Below are positions 59,913 through 64,000 of a DNA stretch of 64,000 nucleotides, piece after piece (the first letter of the stretch is position 1; every line of letters starts with the position of its first letter). The notes beneath the pieces are model-generated. The model was not told the DNA's origin and made no database searches. It saw nothing but the letters and a program-made list of their open reading frames with translations. The position numbers and the translations under genes were made by a program. The DNA lies in the NCBI GenBank assembly GCA_963752285.1, contig CAVVXN010000004.1, positions 160,001 through 224,000 of the forward strand. The letters run 5' to 3'. This DNA is from an uncultured Planctomycetota bacterium (GTDB lineage: Bacteria; Planctomycetota; PLA2; JAEUHO01).

Positions 59913-61022
59913 CTACCGGGGTCGCGCGCCGGCGCGCGACCGGAGACGGTCCCGCACCGGTCGCCACCGCGCCTCGGCGGAGGCGAGCGCGCGCTCGAAG
60001 GCGAAGGGGTCGGGGACGTCCGCGCGGACCACCGGATCCCACGCGTCGAGCCACGCGGCGAGCGCCTCGCGGTCGGACGCGTCCGGGAGGGGCGCGTGGC
60101 TTCGCAGGTCCGCGAGGCGCCGGGCGAGGTCCAGGCGCTCGGCCGGTCGCGCCAGGTCGGGGCGATCGTAGAGCTGGCGGGCCCGCCGTTCGGTGGCCTC
60201 GAGGTCGTCGAGGAACGAGGCGATCTCCTGGCGCTCGACGGCGGTGGGGAGGGTCGCGAGCGGCATGGCCACGGCGCCGCCCGCGAGCAGGAGGAGGATC
60301 GTCGCGGCGATCGTCGTCGCGAGCGGAGGGCGCCCGAGGGAGCGCCGCGGGCCCAGGAGGAACGTGCCTGCGGCGCCCGCGACGAACCCCGCGGCGAGCG
60401 GGATCCAGACGGAGCCGGGCAGGAACGCGAAGGCCACCGAGACCAACAGGAAGAAGACGAGCGAGCGCCGTGCGCGCCGCGACGCCTCGCCGGGCGTCCC
60501 GAGCGCGATCACGCCGAGCGCGGCGACCCACCCGAAGACGCCGGCGGCGGCGCCGATCGCGCCGAGCGGGCTCGTGCCCGCGCCGGGAGCCGCTCCGAGC
60601 GCGTTCGCGACCCCGCCCGCCAGGGCCGAGCCCACGAAGAGGATCCAGGTCCGCGCGGTCCCGACCGCCCGTTCCAGGCCGAGGCCGGCGCCGAGGCCGA
60701 TCCACACGTCGAAGAGGAGGCCCAGGAGCATGACGTGGAGGAACGCGTCGGAGAAGAGTCGTTGTACGTGGCCGCTCTCGACGAGGCTCGGCCTCGCCGC
60801 GCCGAGGTCCACGAGCGCCTGGGGGTCGGGGCTGCCGAAGGCCCACCACGGCGCGCCGGGCGCCGAGAGCGAGCCGGAACGCACGAGCGCGAAGGCGTGG
60901 AGCGCCACCCACGCGAGCACGATCAGCGGCACCGCGATCGCGTGCCGCGCGCGCGGGGGCGGCACGCCGAGGACCGGCGAGGGGGCCTCGGCGTCCCCGG
61001 GCCACGCCACCGTGTCGTTCAC
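59913..61022 (-). CDS. Rhomboid-like membrane protein lacking catalytic Ser/His, with a soluble helical C-terminus
   Basis: LVDLGA..G..RLFS..FLH..LERAVG rhomboid scaffold; GAAAG in place of GASG. Confidence 0.7.
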   Translation of the reverse strand: MNDTVAWPGDAEAPSPVLGVPPPRARHAIAVPLIVLAWVALHAFALVRSGSLSAPGAPWWAFGSPDPQALVDLGAARPSLVESGHVQRLFSDAFLHVMLLGLLFDVWIGLGAGLGLERAVGTARTWILFVGSALAGGVANALGAAPGAGTSPLGAIGAAAGVFGWVAALGVIALGTPGEASRRARRSLVFFLLVSVAFAFLPGSVWIPLAAGFVAGAAGTFLLGPRRSLGRPPLATTIAATILLLLAGGAVAMPLATLPTAVERQEIASFLDDLEATERRARQLYDRPDLARPAERLDLARRLADLRSHAPLPDASDREALAAWLDAWDPVVRADVPDPFAFERALASAEARWRPVRDRLRSRAGARPR

Positions 61023-61939
61023 CGCGCGGCCTCCTCGGACCAGGCGCGCGGATGCGCGCGCTGGTACGCCTCGACGAGGCGATCGAGCGTCAGGTGCGTG
61101 TAGATCTGCGTCGTCGCGACGCTCTGGTGGCCGAGCATCTCCTGGACCTCGCGCAGGTTCGCGCCGCGCTCGAGGAGGTGCGTCGCGAACGAGTGACGGA
61201 GCGTGTGCGGGTGTACGTCCGCCGAGAGCCCGGCGTGCGCGAGGGCGCGGTCCAGCACGCGCGCGACGCCGCGCGTCGAGAGGCGCTCGCCCCAGCGGTT
61301 GAGGAAGAGGGCCTCTCCGTCCTTCCGGCGTCGCTCGGCGGCGGTCTGGTCGAGGTACGCGCGGATCGCGGCGACGCACGGCCCGCCGAGGGCGCCGATT
61401 CGCTCGCGCCGTCCCTTCCCGAAGAGCCGCGCGATGCCGCCCGCGAGGTCCACGTCGGGGAGGTCGAGGCCGACGGCCTCGGCCACGCGCGCCCCCGTCG
61501 AGTACAGCGTCTCGAGGAGGGCCGAGTCGCGCCGCTCGCCCCACGTCGTGCCCGCCGGCGCCGAGAGGAGCCGATCGACCTCGTCCGTCGTGAGCACGCG
61601 GGGCAGACGACGGGCCCGGCGCGGCGTCCTCAGGCCGCGCGCGGGGTCGGACGCGATCCGCCGCTCCCGCGCGAGCCACGAGAAGAACGAGCGGATCGCG
61701 CTGATCCGCCGCGCCACCGTCGTCGAGGCGAGCGACCGCGCGCGGAGCGAGGCGAGGTAGCGACGGAGCTGCAGGAGGTCCACGTCCGCCGCGCGCCGCG
61801 CGCCGCCCGCCTCGAGGCCGTCGAGGACCTGCCGCAGGTCGGCGTCGTACGCACGGACCGTGTGCGGCGAACGGTCCTCCACGACCTCCAAGTGGTGGAG
61901 GAAGGCCTCGAGGTCCGTCGCGAGGGTGGCGTTCCTCAC
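61019..61939 (-). CDS. xerC: Tyrosine recombinase XerC/XerD
   Basis: SPHTVRAY, LYSTGARVAE, GKG, HPHTLRHSFATHLL, VQEMLGH, TTQIYTH. Confidence 0.9.
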   Translation of the reverse strand: MRNATLATDLEAFLHHLEVVEDRSPHTVRAYDADLRQVLDGLEAGGARRAADVDLLQLRRYLASLRARSLASTTVARRISAIRSFFSWLARERRIASDPARGLRTPRRARRLPRVLTTDEVDRLLSAPAGTTWGERRDSALLETLYSTGARVAEAVGLDLPDVDLAGGIARLFGKGRRERIGALGGPCVAAIRAYLDQTAAERRRKDGEALFLNRWGERLSTRGVARVLDRALAHAGLSADVHPHTLRHSFATHLLERGANLREVQEMLGHQSVATTQIYTHLTLDRLVEAYQRAHPRAWSEEAAR

Positions 61940-63321
61940 CGGTCGGCGGCTCTCGGGCCCGCGACCGCCACCTCGCCGGCGAGCGCGGCGAAGAGACGCC
62001 GTCCCTTCGTGAGCGTCTCCTGCCACTCCGCCTCGGGGTCGGAGCGGAGCGTCACGCCGCCGCCCACCCGGTACGACACCCGCGACCCCGACAGGACGAG
62101 CGTCCGGATCGCCACCGCGAGGTCCATGTCGCCGCCCACGTCGAGCCATCCGACGGCGCCGCAGTACGGACCGCGCGCCTCGCCTTCGATCTCGTCGAGG
62201 ATCTCCATCGCGCGAACCTTCGGCGCGCCCGTCACGCTGCCGGGGGGGAACGCGGCCTGAAGGAGGTCCACCCGGTCGAGTCCCGGCGCGAGCCGGCCCG
62301 CTACGACGCCGATCGCCTGGTGCACCGCCTCGAACCCGAGGAGTCGCCGCGGCACGCGAACGCGCACGGTGCCGGGCCGGCAGGCGCGGCCGAGGTCGTT
62401 CCGGGAGAGGTCCACGATCATCGCGAGCTCGGCCTTCTCCTTCTCCGAGTCGAGGAGGTCGAGGCGGAGCCGCCGGTCCTCGCGCGGCGTCGCCCCACGG
62501 GGGCGCGTCCCCTTCATGGGATCGGTCTCCGCCACGCGTCCGATCACCCGGAGGAAGCGCTCGGGGCTCGCGGAGAGGACCGCGCGGCCCTCGCCCGCGT
62601 CCACGAAGGTCGCGTACGGCGCGGGATGGAGCGCGATCAGGTGCGCAAAGAGGTCCACCGCCCGCCCCTCGAAGCGCGCGTCGAACCGGTGCGACAGGTT
62701 CACCTGGAAGATCTCGCCCTCTTCGATCGCGCGCCGGGCCGACGCGACAGCGGCTACGAACGCCGCCCGGTCGGTCCGGCCCCGGGGCGTCCCGGCCCGA
62801 AACAGGCGGGCGGGGTGCGCCTCCCCCCGGACGCGCGCCACGAGGTCCCGGGCGCGGGCCCGCGCTTCGGCCCGCGTCGCTCCCTCGCCCGCCACGAACG
62901 CCATCCGACGGCCGTGGTCCCAGAGGAGGGCGGCCGGGTAGCGGGCGAGCCAGACGACCGGGAACCCGCCCGAAGGACGCCGCGCGGCGGGGGTCGACTC
63001 GACCCCGCTCCGGGCCTCGTACCCGATCCACCCCGCCCAGCCGCCGGCGAAGGGGACCCGCGGGCCCTCCCGGCGGACGCCGAGGGGACGGAGCGGCCGA
63101 AGGACCTCGCGGAGCGTGCGTCCGCGGGGCCACGCGCGGACCTCGAGCCGATCGACCGGGTCCGCGGCGAGGACCGACCACCGCCGGCCGCGCCCGCCCG
63201 CGGAGGCGGAGAGGCGGAGGAAGGTCCCGGGGCCCGTCGAGACCCGCCGGAGCGCGTCGAGGGGGGCGGGGAGTCGAGCGCGGCGCACGACGACCTCGCG
63301 GTGGGGAGAGGGAACGGCCAC
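61936..63321 (-). CDS. pabB: Aminodeoxychorismate synthase component I (anthranilate synthase I family)
   Basis: FAGGWAGWIGYE, QVNLS, SASPERFL, PMKGTRPR, EKAELAMIVDL, FPPGSVTGAPK, IRT. Confidence 0.88.
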   Translation of the reverse strand: MAVPSPHREVVVRRARLPAPLDALRRVSTGPGTFLRLSASAGGRGRRWSVLAADPVDRLEVRAWPRGRTLREVLRPLRPLGVRREGPRVPFAGGWAGWIGYEARSGVESTPAARRPSGGFPVVWLARYPAALLWDHGRRMAFVAGEGATRAEARARARDLVARVRGEAHPARLFRAGTPRGRTDRAAFVAAVASARRAIEEGEIFQVNLSHRFDARFEGRAVDLFAHLIALHPAPYATFVDAGEGRAVLSASPERFLRVIGRVAETDPMKGTRPRGATPREDRRLRLDLLDSEKEKAELAMIVDLSRNDLGRACRPGTVRVRVPRRLLGFEAVHQAIGVVAGRLAPGLDRVDLLQAAFPPGSVTGAPKVRAMEILDEIEGEARGPYCGAVGWLDVGGDMDLAVAIRTLVLSGSRVSYRVGGGVTLRSDPEAEWQETLTKGRRLFAALAGEVAVAGPRAADR

Positions 63322-63515
63322 CCGGGGATTGTAGGAACACCCCGAATCGGGCCCGCGTTTGCATGCATGGAGGAGAAACCACGGGAGACGCCCTTCACGG
63401 CGACCCTCCGTGTCCCCACCGGGATCCGGGGTGTCCTCGCGGAGGGACGGGATCCCGGTCGCCTGGGTTCGTTCGTTATGATGGCTCGCCTGGACCCGAG
63501 CCACGGAGGTTGCCC

Positions 63516-64000
63516 ATGAGATTCCGACCGTCGTCGTCGATCCTGTTTGCGATCGTGGGGCTCGGGGCGTTGGTCCTGTCCGCTCCGGCGCGCGCGGCCA
63601 CGGCCCCGAAGACGCCGGAGGAGGCACTGCAGGCGGTCGAGGAGGCGCAGCAGGCGCTGGACCGCTTCGAGAAGGCCCTCGGCTCCTCCCACACGACCAC
63701 GGAGACGCTCACGACCGGCCTCGACGAGCTGGTGGACTACTACAAGACGCTCAAGTTCGTCGCGAAGCCCGAGCCCAAGCCCATCCCGGACGGGGCGACC
63801 GAGGAGGAGAAGAAGCAGATCGAGAAGGAGAACTCCGACGCCGAACGCGCCTACGAGCAGATGAAGGACAAGTTCGAGAAGGAGCTCGAGAAGTACAGGA
63901 AGGACTGCGTGAAGGCGCTCCTCAAGGCGTTGAAGCTCGCCAAGCCCAACGCGAAGACCGAGACGAACGAGCGAGAGGACGTGAACGTCAAGGCCGCGCA
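63516..64000 (+). CDS. Secreted helical protein, 3'-truncated by window edge
   Basis: GGAGG RBS; TATGAT -10-like box upstream; signal peptide MRFRPSSSILFAIVGLG..ARA; K/E-rich helices; frame open to the window end. Confidence 0.8.
   Translation, partial: MRFRPSSSILFAIVGLGALVLSAPARAATAPKTPEEALQAVEEAQQALDRFEKALGSSHTTTETLTTGLDELVDYYKTLKFVAKPEPKPIPDGATEEEKKQIEKENSDAERAYEQMKDKFEKELEKYRKDCVKALLKALKLAKPNAKTETNEREDVNVKAA

Noticed and set aside
61019..61939. Tyrosine recombinase as a prophage or island integrase
   Set aside because: Size, motifs and housekeeping operon context fit chromosomal XerC/D

Overview
This is a very GC-rich bacterial chromosomal segment. Its gene style suggests an uncultured Planctomycetota-like organism, which is an inference only. 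In order it carries: the lnt 3' end, a membrane-anchored coiled-coil gene, a full elongasome operon (mreB-mreC-mreD-mrdA-rodA), ctpA-tsaD, a two-component pair and an iron-type solute-binding protein. tRNA-Glu(UUC) follows, then a small accessory patch (BCAM0308-like, HPF-like, a decayed IS110), an ABC exporter and a surface-glycan cluster (GT17, CgeB-like GT, sulfotransferase, methyltransferase, GT4, NDP-sugar enzymes, GT9). Next come an FG-GAP lipoprotein, arsM, a C25 peptidase, an ArnT-like GT, a BlaI/BlaR1 module, a VKOR-thioredoxin fusion, a DUF932-like gene and pabB-xerC-rhomboid-like. The best candidate for an undescribed system is a coupled two-gene unit at 41641-47219: an exported protein with four PsbP-like repeats, followed by a Toll-receptor-like TIR-TM-WD40 protein ending in a GspG pseudopilin-like domain. 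Beside it lies a kinase/OmpR-regulator/HEAT-protein module with four 11-bp-phased CTGACCG boxes, bracketed by degenerate direct repeats. No CRISPR array or rRNA was seen.
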